Assembly: GCA_965222605.1 (NCBI GenBank)
Contig: OZ244960.1
Coordinates: 2,144,001 to 2,208,000, forward strand
DNA from: Candidatus Latescibacterota bacterium
GTDB lineage: Bacteria > Latescibacterota > UBA2968
Direction of reading: 5' to 3'
DNA length: 64,000 nucleotides
Shown here piece by piece: positions 27,902-40,300 of this stretch. Each line of letters begins with the position of its first letter. Position 1 is the first letter of the stretch. The notes under the pieces were generated by a model. The model was given only the letters and a program-made list of their open reading frames with translations. It ran no database searches and was not told the DNA's origin. A program made the position numbers and the translations under genes.

Positions 27902-30900
27902 ATGAACGTAAATCGAATCTTTATAATCTGTATCGCACTCCTGTTCTGCGCGCTTCAAGGGGTGCGATCTGCCCACGCCGGTACGCTTGGAAAAATCAAC
28001 GGGGTCGTCCTTGACAATGCGGGGAATCTCCTGCCCGGCGCCAATGTGATCATAGAAGGTACCAGGAGGGGGGCAACAACTGATGCAGAGGGTTATTTTG
28101 TGATCCTCTCGGTCGATCCCGGCGAATATTCGCTGACGGCGTCTATGGTGGGCTACAGAAAGGTCACACAATCGAACGTGCAAATCGGAATCGACAAAAC
28201 GACCACTGTCAACTTCGAACTTCACGAACAGACTCTTGAGGCCAGTGAAATTCTGGTCATTGCGGAACGGCCTTCCGTCGAACCCGACAAGACCACATCC
28301 AAGTACACGATAACGGCGGAAGATATCGAGCAACTCTCCATTGTCCGATCCACGGCAGAACTCGTCTCCTTGCAGCCAGGTGTTTCCCAGGATGGGCTGT
28401 TTCGTCTGCGGGGTGGAGATGTGGGTACCGGGGGATGGTCGTATCAATACCGGCCGACCGATGTCGCATTTGTCGTGGATGGCGTGCGCGTGGAGGCCAA
28501 CGATGGGCAAAACAACCCGATGTTTTCCGGGGTGAATCGAAGTGCCATACAGGAAATCTCTGTGATCACGGGTGTGACGGCTGCGGAATATGGAAACGTG
28601 CAGGCGGGAATCATCAATATCGTGACAAAAGACGGAGGCCAGAGCTACCACGGATGGGCAGAGTATCGGAACACCCCTGCACACAAAAAGCACTGGGGAG
28701 AGAATGTTTACGATGCTCCGATCCATCGCGCCAACATCAAATGGAACGACCCGACGTGGGTTAACGAAACAGACCCAGAGACGGGACGGGTGGTGCATCA
28801 GCGCACCGATTATACGGGCGTAACAGGGCATGAGGTGCAGGCAAGTACCTCTGGACCATTGGTGAAGAACATCTCATTCCTCCTCTCTGGAAAACACACC
28901 CGGGATGCCAGTCCCCTTCCCGGACCGGAAAAGTACGGTTTCACCCAGAGCGCCCGCTTTGTACCTGCACCCAATAATTTACAGGGATCCGCCGCCTTGA
29001 CGTGGTTTGCGACCCCGAACATCAAACTCAAGACGGGCTTTCTATACCAGGGCTACAAATCGTGGTTTAGCGGGGCCGGACAGGGCGGCGATGTATTCGG
29101 ATTCTCCGCAATTGCCAACGCCGGCGGCGTGCGGGGCATTGGAGACAATTTCAGGAACCTGTTCTTGCCGGATAAATACTCCTCATCCGGACAGCTCAAG
29201 TTCCGGGAGGATCTGGAATACGTCGTCCTGACACATACGCTGACGCCGAAGACGTTTTACCAGGTGCGCCTGTCTCGCAGTCGAAGCTTTCAGGATACGC
29301 TGAATATATCCACGGTAAACTCGACGGTCCGCAAGGATGCAGATAAGCGCTTTAACCTGGGTGCAGAGACAATCGCCTGGGAGATTTTCGATCGGAAACG
29401 GCAAACGCTAAAGGTTGACCTTTCCAGCCAGATCACCAAAGGGCACTTCGTTAAAACAGGCGGAGAACTCACCTTTTTTGACGCCTGGTGGACGGCGCGC
29501 CTGGATCCGGCGCCCAGAAACAATATGATTGAGTATTTCGGGGGTGACCGCAAAATCGGGGAACCGGTCAATCCGATCGAAGGAGCGCTCTATGCCCAGG
29601 ACAAGATGGAGTTCGAGGGGATGGTGGTGAACGCGGGGATTCGGATGGACTACTTCAATCCCCGAACGGAATGGCCCGTGGAAACCACACTCTTTGATCG
29701 GGCGGATACGCGCTACTTCACCCTCCAGGAGAATATCCCGATGGAACCGGTGGATGCACAGTTCCATTTCAGCCCGAGACTCGGAATCTCTCACCCGATC
29801 ACCGACAAGGCCGCGATGCACTTCTCCAGCGGGGTGTTCCTCCAGCGCGCAGGTTTCTACGAGTATTACGGTCAGACCTACGAGTCGAACAGAAAGCCGC
29901 ACTCCCTGGACCTGAACAAGGATGGTGTAATCGGCCCGGAAGAGGTGTGGAACAATATGCAGTCGCGGCGCCGGTACTGGGGAGATCCTCGAATCAGGCC
30001 GGAACGGTCTCTGGCATTCGAGGTGGGAGGGGATTGGAATTTCGTAACGGACTACACCCTATCTCTGACGACCTTCTACCGGGCCGAGTGGGACCAGATG
30101 GGCGCGCCGCTGACATCGTGGCGAGATCCCTTTAGAAGGGGAAGAGGCGCAAATGTTCGTTCGAATATGCGGGCCGAAGATGTCCGCGGAATCGAGCTTT
30201 CGCTGCGGAAGGATTTCAGCCACAATTTCGCGTTTCAACTGGCCTACAATATGCAGTGGAGCGACATCACGCACGTCGTTGGACGGGGTGGTGTCTCCCG
30301 CAGAGTAGCACCGGATTCCAAATATATTGTAGAAAACTGGACGTATAAATGGGATATCGATCCGAATACCGGGGCCCGCATTCGGGTACCGCTCACCGAT
30401 GCTGACATCCAGAGGTATGGGACCCGGGCGGATAACCATATCAAATCTCTCCAGAGATTGCTGGACATCCGCTCTGGGGGCGGTGGGGTACTGGCCGGAT
30501 ACTGGGATATCGGATTCCAGATGGAAGGACCTGAAGGCGAAAAGGGCCTCTATTTCTTCGGCCTCAGCCAGATGCGCGGCATCCACACCTGGGGAGGCAA
30601 GCCAGGGGACCGCCGCAACTCCGGGAAGATCCAGTTCCTGTTTTCCACGCCGCCATCGTCGGAAGGTAGCCCGGCCGGCAGAATATTCAGCGATATGAAT
30701 ATCAATATCCTCTACCGGGTGCAAAACGGTGTAACTTTCGAGTACTCGCCGCCAATCGGGGGTGCCAAACAGTGGCGATCCGGCCCCCTTCAGAGCCGTT
30801 TCGACATAGAGGCTCAGAAAACATTTCGATTGGGCAACACCATCCAGACTTCGCTATTTGCGTCCGTATTCAATCTGTTCAACGACGGCAGTGTTTCTCG

Positions 30901-31051
30901 AGTTGACTCCTCTGTGGACTGGGTTCAGTGGGGGCTCGATCAGGCGCGCCCTGACAATCCAGACCTGAGAACCTACGGGGATTTGAATGATTATCGGCGC
31001 TTGGTAAACAAACCCCGAAACATCGAACTCGGCGTAAGACTGCGCTTTTAA
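27902..31051 (+). CDS. TonB-dependent receptor with N-terminal carboxypeptidase-regulatory-like domain
   Basis: Signal peptide; GKINGVV..LPGANV..GATTDAEGYF; plug LRGG..FVVDGV..ITG..AEYGN..GIINIVTK; FSPRLGISHPI; terminal PRNIELGVRLRF. Confidence 0.92.
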   Translation: MNVNRIFIICIALLFCALQGVRSAHAGTLGKINGVVLDNAGNLLPGANVIIEGTRRGATTDAEGYFVILSVDPGEYSLTASMVGYRKVTQSNVQIGIDKTTTVNFELHEQTLEASEILVIAERPSVEPDKTTSKYTITAEDIEQLSIVRSTAELVSLQPGVSQDGLFRLRGGDVGTGGWSYQYRPTDVAFVVDGVRVEANDGQNNPMFSGVNRSAIQEISVITGVTAAEYGNVQAGIINIVTKDGGQSYHGWAEYRNTPAHKKHWGENVYDAPIHRANIKWNDPTWVNETDPETGRVVHQRTDYTGVTGHEVQASTSGPLVKNISFLLSGKHTRDASPLPGPEKYGFTQSARFVPAPNNLQGSAALTWFATPNIKLKTGFLYQGYKSWFSGAGQGGDVFGFSAIANAGGVRGIGDNFRNLFLPDKYSSSGQLKFREDLEYVVLTHTLTPKTFYQVRLSRSRSFQDTLNISTVNSTVRKDADKRFNLGAETIAWEIFDRKRQTLKVDLSSQITKGHFVKTGGELTFFDAWWTARLDPAPRNNMIEYFGGDRKIGEPVNPIEGALYAQDKMEFEGMVVNAGIRMDYFNPRTEWPVETTLFDRADTRYFTLQENIPMEPVDAQFHFSPRLGISHPITDKAAMHFSSGVFLQRAGFYEYYGQTYESNRKPHSLDLNKDGVIGPEEVWNNMQSRRRYWGDPRIRPERSLAFEVGGDWNFVTDYTLSLTTFYRAEWDQMGAPLTSWRDPFRRGRGANVRSNMRAEDVRGIELSLRKDFSHNFAFQLAYNMQWSDITHVVGRGGVSRRVAPDSKYIVENWTYKWDIDPNTGARIRVPLTDADIQRYGTRADNHIKSLQRLLDIRSGGGGVLAGYWDIGFQMEGPEGEKGLYFFGLSQMRGIHTWGGKPGDRRNSGKIQFLFSTPPSSEGSPAGRIFSDMNINILYRVQNGVTFEYSPPIGGAKQWRSGPLQSRFDIEAQKTFRLGNTIQTSLFASVFNLFNDGSVSRVDSSVDWVQWGLDQARPDNPDLRTYGDLNDYRRLVNKPRNIELGVRLRF

Positions 31052-31080
31052 GCAGAAATCGGTATAAGGAGGATACAGGA

Positions 31081-33348
31081 ATGAAAATACGAGGAATTCA
31101 CAAAATCGCGGTGCCTGCCATTGCAGTCGCATTGCTTTTTGGAATCGCGGCACTTGCCAACGCACAGACCATTTCTCGCTCGCTACTGGCTACTCGGCTC
31201 TCAAACGAGGGCCGCGACGGCGGCACGGCATTGAACAACGCGCAGACGCGGCTGGCCTACCCACGACACTGGAACAATTCGGGGGATACCGGTAGAGCCA
31301 AAGCAGGGCCGTCCAGCCGGGGCTATTTTGACAATTCCACAGGTCACGGATTCTTCATCATGACACAGATGGGCGGTGAGGCCCAGACAACCTGGACGGG
31401 GCCTCGTAACATGACGGGCAGTTTCGGGGAAATAAACGGAATGCAGTACAATCCCGTAACCGACGGACCGGAAGCCCACCTGGGCACTGAGGTATTTGAG
31501 GTGAGAGGTTCGACCTACCGCATCGGCAACTGGTGGCAGGGCCACGAGCCAGTAGATCCGAACAATCCAGTGGGATTGACGATCGAGAATCACCGGTTTT
31601 ACGAATATATCACCGACGATACCTTCCCGGAGCAAATCGCGATCAACAAGTGGACGACCTCCCAGGGGATCACATTTGTGCGAAAGGCCTACGCCTGGAG
31701 CTATCCCAACTTCGACGACTTTATCATCCAGCGCGTAGAATTTACCAATACCGGAGACAGCGACGGGGACGGGGAGCGCGATTTGCCCGAAGAAATCTTG
31801 AGCCCGGTCTATATCGCATTGGCCAACTTCTTCGGCGCCTCTGGAGGCGAGGCTCATAATTACAATGAGTCCTGGTGGCGGCATGGACCGCGCGTCAACG
31901 ACGACTGGCTGGCCTATTCGGACGCGCCCAATTATCCGGTAGATCTCTATAGTCAGACGGGCAAGACAGTTCCGCCCGGCCTGAAACTAACCTACGCCTA
32001 TGATGGGGACCATCCAGATGTGCCCTTCGATGACGCGGGAGGACCTCTGCTGTTCAACTTTCTGAGCACCCAGAAGAAGGCCGCGCGCATCGCAATCGAA
32101 GACGGACAGTTCGGGGCATTCCAGTTCATCGGAATGGCACCGATCGCCTATGCCAATTCCGGCCCTTTCGCATTCGGACCGCTGGATGCAGGGAAGAGTT
32201 ATGTGGATCCGGAAGGAGACCAGCCTGCGGCAGTTCGGTGGTATCGATCGCACAGTACCACAATACAGGACGACCCGAATCCCGCTATTCACAATCCCCA
32301 GGAGATGCAGGAGATGCTCTTGCATGAAATCTCGAACAATCCCACCGAAGTCGGTTATTTCTTTAACGCGCAGACATACGGTCCATACACGCTGGCACCC
32401 GGCGAATCCGGAATGATCGTCTTCGCCTATGTCGCAGGTGCTGGGTCTCAGATGGTTGGCGAGGATATGCTCACCTGGGCGCTCAAACACAAAAAAGAGG
32501 AGCTGCCTTTGGGCCTGGACGCGATGCTGCAGAATCTGGAAGCGGCCAAATTTGCCTACCGCGCCGAGTTCGATATTCCGGACGCTCCTCCCGATGTGGC
32601 CTTCCACACCCGCATCACGCCCGATGCTCACATGGAGGTATTCTGGTCGGATAAGACCGACAATGCCACCAACCCGGACTACTCGGGTGCCGAGGCTCAG
32701 GATGTGATTGGATATGAGATCTGGCGCGCCGAATGGATCCCGGTCGGCCCGTGGACGAAGATCGCAGATATTGCCGCAGGGTCAGCCGTCGGAGGAGAGT
32801 ATTCGTACGAAGACAAGGACTCGGTTGCAGGCTTCCTCTACCGATATGCGGTTCGAGCAGTTGCCAAAGGCCACACCGCCTGGACGAACGGAATGCAGAC
32901 CCTGTCAGACCTGCCGGCACATATCCAGCAAAACGTGCAGGCGGGGCTGAAGGGCGGGCGGCGTGCCCCCTTCCAGCAGGAACACGGCGACACGTCTCCG
33001 GAACTGCCCTCTGCTGCCTATCTTGACGCCCTTGAAGAAAAGGTCCGCGTGGTGCCGAATCCCTACATTCTCGACCCGAACGGCCCCCACAGGTATCCGG
33101 GCGCAATCGAGAAATTCCGGTTTGTCGGTATTCCCAGCAAGTGCGAGATCTACATCTTTACCACGACCGGAGACCTGGTCATCAAGCTGGATCACGATAA
33201 TCCAAACATTGGAGAAAAGTCGTGGGACCATAAAGTTCAGAACCTGATCACCCTGGCCGGCAGCGGCGTTTACTATTACGTAGTCAAGTCCCTCGTGCCC
33301 GGGCACGAAGGAAAGATTCAGCGGGGCACCTTTTTTGTAATCCGGTAA
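31081..33348 (+). CDS. Secreted protein with FN3-like domain and type IX secretion C-terminal domain
   Basis: Signal peptide; PDAPP..GYEIWR..YRYAVRA; CTD VRVVPNPY..IYIFTTTGDLV..WD..SGVYYY..GTFFVIR. Confidence 0.78.
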   Translation: MKIRGIHKIAVPAIAVALLFGIAALANAQTISRSLLATRLSNEGRDGGTALNNAQTRLAYPRHWNNSGDTGRAKAGPSSRGYFDNSTGHGFFIMTQMGGEAQTTWTGPRNMTGSFGEINGMQYNPVTDGPEAHLGTEVFEVRGSTYRIGNWWQGHEPVDPNNPVGLTIENHRFYEYITDDTFPEQIAINKWTTSQGITFVRKAYAWSYPNFDDFIIQRVEFTNTGDSDGDGERDLPEEILSPVYIALANFFGASGGEAHNYNESWWRHGPRVNDDWLAYSDAPNYPVDLYSQTGKTVPPGLKLTYAYDGDHPDVPFDDAGGPLLFNFLSTQKKAARIAIEDGQFGAFQFIGMAPIAYANSGPFAFGPLDAGKSYVDPEGDQPAAVRWYRSHSTTIQDDPNPAIHNPQEMQEMLLHEISNNPTEVGYFFNAQTYGPYTLAPGESGMIVFAYVAGAGSQMVGEDMLTWALKHKKEELPLGLDAMLQNLEAAKFAYRAEFDIPDAPPDVAFHTRITPDAHMEVFWSDKTDNATNPDYSGAEAQDVIGYEIWRAEWIPVGPWTKIADIAAGSAVGGEYSYEDKDSVAGFLYRYAVRAVAKGHTAWTNGMQTLSDLPAHIQQNVQAGLKGGRRAPFQQEHGDTSPELPSAAYLDALEEKVRVVPNPYILDPNGPHRYPGAIEKFRFVGIPSKCEIYIFTTTGDLVIKLDHDNPNIGEKSWDHKVQNLITLAGSGVYYYVVKSLVPGHEGKIQRGTFFVIR

Positions 33349-33360
33349 AGGAGGTATCAG

Positions 33361-34377
33361 ATGAAAGGTAAGACCTTATTCGCAACAGCCCTGCTGGTAA
33401 TAGGGCTTTTATTTCCCACCATCACCCGCGCACAGCCGCCGTTCGAGGTTGGGGTGGAAAAAGGCATGGTGGCGGGAAAGAACGACATCGGGAAGGACCA
33501 GGAACGGCTCGCAACGGCTGGTCTGGGATTTCTCAAAATCAATCCGAGTGCGCGGGGAGCGGGAATGGCTGACGCCTTCAATTCGGTGGCCAACGACGTA
33601 TCCTCCGCCTTTTGGAACCCGGCAGGCATCACGCACGTAGATAAATTCGCCTGGACATCATCCTACATGCAGTGGCTGGTGAATACGCAGATCTATGCCG
33701 GCGCTCTGGTATATAATACAGAAGACCCAAGACTGGGCTTTCTGGGCCTCACTCTGGTATCGATGATACCCGAGGAGGTCGAGGAGACCACCATCTTTCA
33801 GCCCACGGGAACCGGGCGGAACATCGGGGCTTCGAATATGGCCTTAGGGCTTATCTACGCGATCAAATTCACAAATAAGCTTTCGTTTGGTGTGAAGGTC
33901 GATTGGGTCCGTGAAACGATTCTGGACCATTCGCTCAACACGATCAAATTCGATATAGGAACGTTGTTCTATACCGGTTTCCGAAATGTTCGAATGGCGA
34001 TGTCTTTGAAGAATCTGGGACGGAACGAGCAGTACGAACAGGTGAAGTTCTGGATGCCGCTAAACTACTACATGTCCATTGCAGATGAGATTTTTGGCAA
34101 ACCGGGTGAGCCGGCTTACCTGACCATAGCGGCCGAAACGCTCTATGCAATCGACTATGACCAGCGATACCATGTCGGAGCGGAACTGTGGTTGGGGAAC
34201 ATCCTGGCCTTGCGGGGCGGCTACAAATTCAATTACGATGCGGAAACCTACAGTATTGGCGCGGGATTGAATTACGAAATCATGAGTGGCCGCAAGATAA
34301 TGCTGGACATCTCGTACACGGACTTCGGTAATTTGCTGAATACGCCTCTTCGGGTTTCTTTAGGAGGGACCTTTTAG
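33361..34377 (+). CDS. PorV/PorQ (UPF0164) family beta-barrel
   Basis: FLKINPSARGAGMADA, SAFWNPAG, LALRGGY, C-terminal RVSLGGTF. Confidence 0.85.
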   Translation: MKGKTLFATALLVIGLLFPTITRAQPPFEVGVEKGMVAGKNDIGKDQERLATAGLGFLKINPSARGAGMADAFNSVANDVSSAFWNPAGITHVDKFAWTSSYMQWLVNTQIYAGALVYNTEDPRLGFLGLTLVSMIPEEVEETTIFQPTGTGRNIGASNMALGLIYAIKFTNKLSFGVKVDWVRETILDHSLNTIKFDIGTLFYTGFRNVRMAMSLKNLGRNEQYEQVKFWMPLNYYMSIADEIFGKPGEPAYLTIAAETLYAIDYDQRYHVGAELWLGNILALRGGYKFNYDAETYSIGAGLNYEIMSGRKIMLDISYTDFGNLLNTPLRVSLGGTF

Positions 34378-34394
34378 ATCGAGGTGGAGGACAC

Positions 34395-37300
34395 GTGGTC
34401 TTGAACGTCTGGTTTCACAAAATGGTTGTCTGTATGGTTCTTCTCACGATCTCCCGGACTGAAGCTGTGCAGCGTGTGCCGATCCATTTCGAAGTCCCTC
34501 CCGAAGCAGATACCTATACTGGAATCCAGCCAGCGACATTCGGGATTCCATTTGAGAAGGGACAACTGCGTATCGGCGATGGCATGCAGATCGTCGATAG
34601 CAAGGGAAAGACGATGCCGGCTCAGTTTGAAGTGACCGCCACGTGGGGGCCTGAATCCACAGAGGTGCGCTGGCTTCTCGTCGATCTGCTCGTGCAAATC
34701 CGGGACGGCCGCGCAAAGGATGTCTTTCTGGAATTCGGACCCAAGGTAGGCCTTGAGGACTCAGATCCCCTGGCGAGAAAAACGGGCGACCGCATTACCG
34801 TCAACACGGGTGCACTGGAGTGTGTGCTCGATTCCGATGCGGGTGTCCTGGGGCAGTTTGTCCTGAAGGACGGATCTGGAAAAGCCTTTCGCGCCACAAC
34901 AAAAGGATCCGAAATCGCGGTTGAAAAATCGGGTCCAGTGCGTGCAGTGGTGCGTATGAAAGGTGACTACCTCGCCGAAGATGGCCAGAAGCTGGGTGAG
35001 TTCATCACCAGGGTTCGTTTCTGGAAGGGCCAGTCCTATGCTCGCATCTACCACACGCTGGTCTGGGGAGGCGATCAAACCAGCGAGATAGGATGCCTCA
35101 CCTTTGTGCCAGAAGCAGTCCTGCCCGGTGCTCAAATAACGGCGGGAGTAGATGGAGCACGCATTATCGAATCAGATGATCTTCTTCTGAGGCAGACCGA
35201 TTGGAACGTTGTACAGGGCAGCGCGATGGGCAAACATATAGATGGCTGGATTCAGCTTGGGAAAAAAGAAAAGTCCCTCTTCCTGGCCCTCAGATGGCCC
35301 TGGCAGCAGTACCCGACGAGCATTTCGGGAAAGAATGGCAGAATCGAACTGAGCCTTATCGGCCCTGACAAACCCATGGACCTCACTGCGGAGGAGGTGG
35401 CAGTTCCGTATGTCAGGCCCGGAATGGAGAAGTGGAACCTGAGGATCTTCGACAGCAGCAAGCTGTGGCATGCCGACTATAACGGCCCGTCCGCCCGCCC
35501 ACACATTTCTCCGAGGGGTGTGGCGAAAACCTTTGAGATCCTGATCTGGTATGGCGAGCCTGATTCGGAGACAACGCCCGAGGTAAAGAACACCTTTGCC
35601 CAGCATCCCGTATTGGGTTTTGCCTCGCCGGAATTCGCGACAAAGGCGATGCTGCCTTCACCGATGTCGCCCAAGGACAAAGCTAATTTCCCGCTGATCG
35701 AGGGCGCGCTGGAGCGCGCCTTCCACTGTGTGACCCGGGAAAACGCATTCGATGGGGACTATGGAACCTGGAACTTCGGCGACATCCAGTGGTCGTGGAT
35801 CGGGCGTCTGGGTTACACGACATACCGATACTGGATGAATCACGGGAAGGGCTGGTCCATCGTCCCCTGGGTCCTCTGGTTGCGATCTGGAGAGCGGGAG
35901 TATTGGGAGAACGGCGAGGCCAACAGCCGTCATGTCATGGATGTAGATACATGTCACATCCCCGAGTGGGAACCTGCGCCGGATGGAAAAATCCGGGGAG
36001 GTCAATACCACTACTCGGCACTGCACTGGGGATACGGCCCCCACGTTTCCTCCTTTTTTATGGATTCGGAGTATCTGCCCTATTGCTATTACCTGACCGG
36101 GTATGAGCGGGCAAAAGACATCTTGCTCGACCGCGTCGAGGCCCTTGCGCGGGATCCGTGGAAAGAACGGGTGCTATATTTCCGTCAAAATCCGAAGAAA
36201 CGCTCGAGACACCTGTATGTCCTGGTCAAAGACCTGGCGGTACTCTACGAAGCCACCTGGGACGGTCGCATTCTACCCTACCTCAAAGAGTATCTGGATC
36301 TAACCCTCGACGCCCAGATCAGCAATGGCAGATTTGCGAACATCGTCTCCAACCATTACCTGGATCAGCCGCTGAATATCGCACTGAGGGTATTTCCAGG
36401 CGAAAAGGAGCGGATTCTCAAGGCACTCTATGAGTTCCAAGAATACCAGGGAGGGCCAGTAAGGAGCCGGAGCGGAAGTGCGGGAATCGGGCCGATGTCC
36501 TTGTGGACGACGCACACGCTGTCGCAGGACCGAAACAATCCCCTGTACCTGGAGACTATTGCAATGACCTCGATGGGTCAGGCTTGGAGTGTGGCCGAGA
36601 ATGAAACGATCTGGAATGGATTGACCGAATTCGACGCGCACCTGGCCGGTCCGATGCTGCGGGACTGGGTCATCGCAATTGCAGATCAGGCGGAGAGAGG
36701 AAAGAATGAGGAGTCTCTGACGACGGGACCTCCGCTCTTTTTCAATGCCCAGCTCCCGTTACCCGAGGGCGAGGATGAGGGCTGGGAAAAGAGCCGCGGT
36801 CGGCACCTGGTCCTGGCACTCGTCAAAGAGGGACAGCCGCTCACTGTGAATCTTCATTTTATGATGCACAATCAGGGCCGAAAAAACACCCTCCGTGTTC
36901 GGGTCACCGACCCTGAGAATCGGCGAGTGGCTGACATCTTGCGAGAGATCGAGAACAGCTATACCGAACCGGAAGCGGTCCAGGGCATTGCCGTACAGAT
37001 TCCAACAGGGCCTGGAGGGGTGTACGCCATTGAGCTCTGGTCGAAGGTAGGAGCCTATCCGGTACGGGCCGAATCCACAGATGGAAAAGTCGTCCACGTC
37101 CTCCCACCCGGCAGAAGGGCTGTCTGCTCGCCGACATTTGGCGGCCAGGGCTGGTTTCGACCAAAAGGAAACGGCGAGATCCTCATTGGCTATCCGGGTA
37201 ATTTCCCCGGGGCACGAGTAATTGCATTCGATCCTTCGGGACGGATTGCGGGTGCCAGCCAGATTCACAGTACCCGTCTCGTAGAGACGAATGTGGGACC

Positions 37301-40300
37301 TCTGCAAAGAAGAAACCATATGGCGACCGACACACGTCCCAATTTCATTCTGGTGATGAGCGACCAGCAACGCGGGGATTGCCTGGGCGTGGACGGACAT
37401 CCTTGTCTTCTCACGCCGAACCTGGATGCGCTGGCAGGTGCAGGCACCAGATTCCCCAGAGCCTACTCGACCTGTCCTTCCTGCATTCCAGCTCGACGCG
37501 CGATGATGACCGGGCAGTTCCCCTCGAGCTGGGACGAGACTACCCGGGAATTTTTCCTCACATCCAACAGGACCGGTGATTCCATGGCACAAGGAAGCTC
37601 GCACTCGGAAGACGGCGTGCTTTTCAACAGCAGGCGTTTTCTCCTCGACGAGGATGTTCTACCCGGGTCCATGTTCAGCGGTACGATTCCTCATCTGAAC
37701 AACGGCAGAAGCATCGCGCGAAATGGTGGCGGCGCCTGGTTCTGCTGTTTCACCATCGATCGCAAAGAGCGGCCCCTCCCCGTTCGACAAAAACGCGACT
37801 GGCAGATTCTGCTCGCGGTCTCGAACAAGCCCGTTTTCCAGGGTTCCGCCTTCCCTGAGCCGGTCATCCTCGTCGGTGAATCCGGATCTCTCTTCTCATC
37901 CGGAACCAGTCGATTGGGAAGTTCCAGCCTCGTTATCGACCCGTCTGACCGCCTTCACCTCTTCTACGAACAGGACGAAGATATCTTTCACCTTCACGCC
38001 GACGCATCCAGTCCAGCACCCAGGGAACGTCTTGCCGATCGTTCCGCCTGGTCAGGGCCTGAGGCAGTAGCCGAAGGGGCCAGTCTGGGAGACATCTTCC
38101 TGGATACGCAGGACCGTTTGAGGCTGGTTTACACGCGGAGAGGCGTCCTTTACCAGTTGCTATTGGGCGAGGGGGGAGAGCAGAAAATCTGCGACGGTGG
38201 GATCCATCCCTCCGCCCACCTGGACGGTGATGGAACCATCCACCTGGCCTTTGAGCGTGATCGAAGAATCTTCTATCTGCGTCAGGGCAGTGATGGACTA
38301 TGGACCGATTCCACAGGTACGCCCGGACCCGAAATGGTTGCTTACTTCTGCAGCTCCTGGCCCTCTCTGGCCACAACGACTGACGGGAAAATCGTTATCG
38401 CTTATCAGGGCGAAGGAAAGACGGACCTCAAGCAGTATCCTCCCCTCTACGCGCCGCTCAGGGTAGCTGGCGGATCTACCGTTTCCTATGCGGTCCACAA
38501 TGGAGAAAAGTGGTCCATTCACGACTTCCTGAGATCCAGCGAGATCCTGCTGAAGCGACGTCCGCACCATCGACATCCCCAGGCCGATCCCACCTTCCTC
38601 CCCTTCATGGAGGAGTTCTGGCGTCCCTCCCTTTCGGTTGACCCTCACGGCGTCGTCTGGATGTTCTACGTCAACTCCACCCGCAGGCACATCTACTGGT
38701 CCCGGTTTCAGGGGAAAACGTTCGGCACTCACCATGAGGCGCGTGGTCCCTACGATGTGATGACCCGCCTGATGTGCCTCCAGAAGGAAACCTCGAGTCG
38801 TCTCGGTATCGGCTATCTCACCTTCGCATCGAATCAGGTTTACTTCGATGTTATCCAGGTCTCGGAGTATAAGAGTAGAGATCGGAGGCGGATCGTCTTC
38901 CTGGATCATCTGGAGGTTGACCACATGATCGATCTGGAGCCCTGCATCGGAATGTGGGAAAAGCATCCGGGTCCCGTATTTGGGTGGGGAATCACGGGAG
39001 ATACTGAAGACGACAACATCGCCTGGTGCCACGTTCACCGGCGCGAAGATGGATTTGAGATGCATTACATGGGACAGGGTCCCGAACTGCGCAGCAACGC
39101 CCTTCCCGGACGGGCCTTCAGCAGCGACGGGGGCCATTGGGAGAAACGCGAACCCGTGGTTGAATCGGGTTTGACGCTGGATGATCGACCCATGCCTTCG
39201 ACCTTCTGGCGTCCCATTTACCTGGAAGACCCCGACGAGGAGGACCCTTCACGTCGTTTCAAGGGCCTGATCGGTCGGTATCGGAATGACCGTGGACTCG
39301 AGCTCCGCGTCTGGGACGTCATCACATCGCCCGATGCATTGCAGTGGCATACGGTGGACCAGCCGAATGTGGTCGGCGGGGACATCAGCATCGCTTCACA
39401 CCTCTATCGCGATGAGGAGGACCCCGAACCGATGCGTCGCTACAAGTTCCTCGCCGTGACCGGATGCAATTCGGGCCGGGGTGTGGCCGCTTTCACCAGC
39501 CCCAATCTGATCCACTGGGACAGAGCTGTCTATCTGAGGGAGAATACGGACGACCTGCTCTCCCCTCTCTGCCCTTATCCGACCGGGCCTCAGCCTATCG
39601 ATCCCGACGCCGCGGAGAATCCGTGGGAGGAGGAGGTCCACGACGCCTACATCTGGCGCGAGCACGGCATCCTCATGTTCCATTACGACGCCTTCTATTT
39701 CGGAGCGAACCAGCACATTGAGAAAGCGCTCGCCGTCTCCCGGGACGGACGGCATTACTGGCGTGTCCAGCGGGGTGCCATCGACATGCCGCATGGAAAT
39801 TGTGGCGAATGGGACTCGGGCCGGAACCGTACCGCAGTGCCGATCCGTGTTGGAGACGAGCTCTGGATCTTCTTCTGCGGCATGCCTGCTCAATTCTTCG
39901 GCGATTCCGACACAGAGGGATACATGCCGCCGTTGTGGGTCGATGCGTGGACCTTTGAGAAAACGCGACTACGCCAGGAGCAGCGTCCGTGGAGGGTAGG
40001 CCTGGCGAAGTTGCGCGTGGATGGCTGGGCTTATCTCCAAGCTGTGCGGGAGGCCGGGTGCGGATACCTGACCACCATCCCATTCGGATACACAGGTGGA
40101 AACCTGGTGGTCAATGGATCGGGATTGGGTCCGGGAGGAATACAGGTCGAAATCCTGACGGCCGAAGGCCTGACCCTGGACGGTTTCGGCAGGGACCGGT
40201 GCCGGTTCAGCGAACCGGACGCGGTGACCTCCAGGGTGGCATGGGAAGGCGTTGGCTCTCTTCCTCACGGAAGATATCGTCTCAAGTTCACCTTCGAAGA

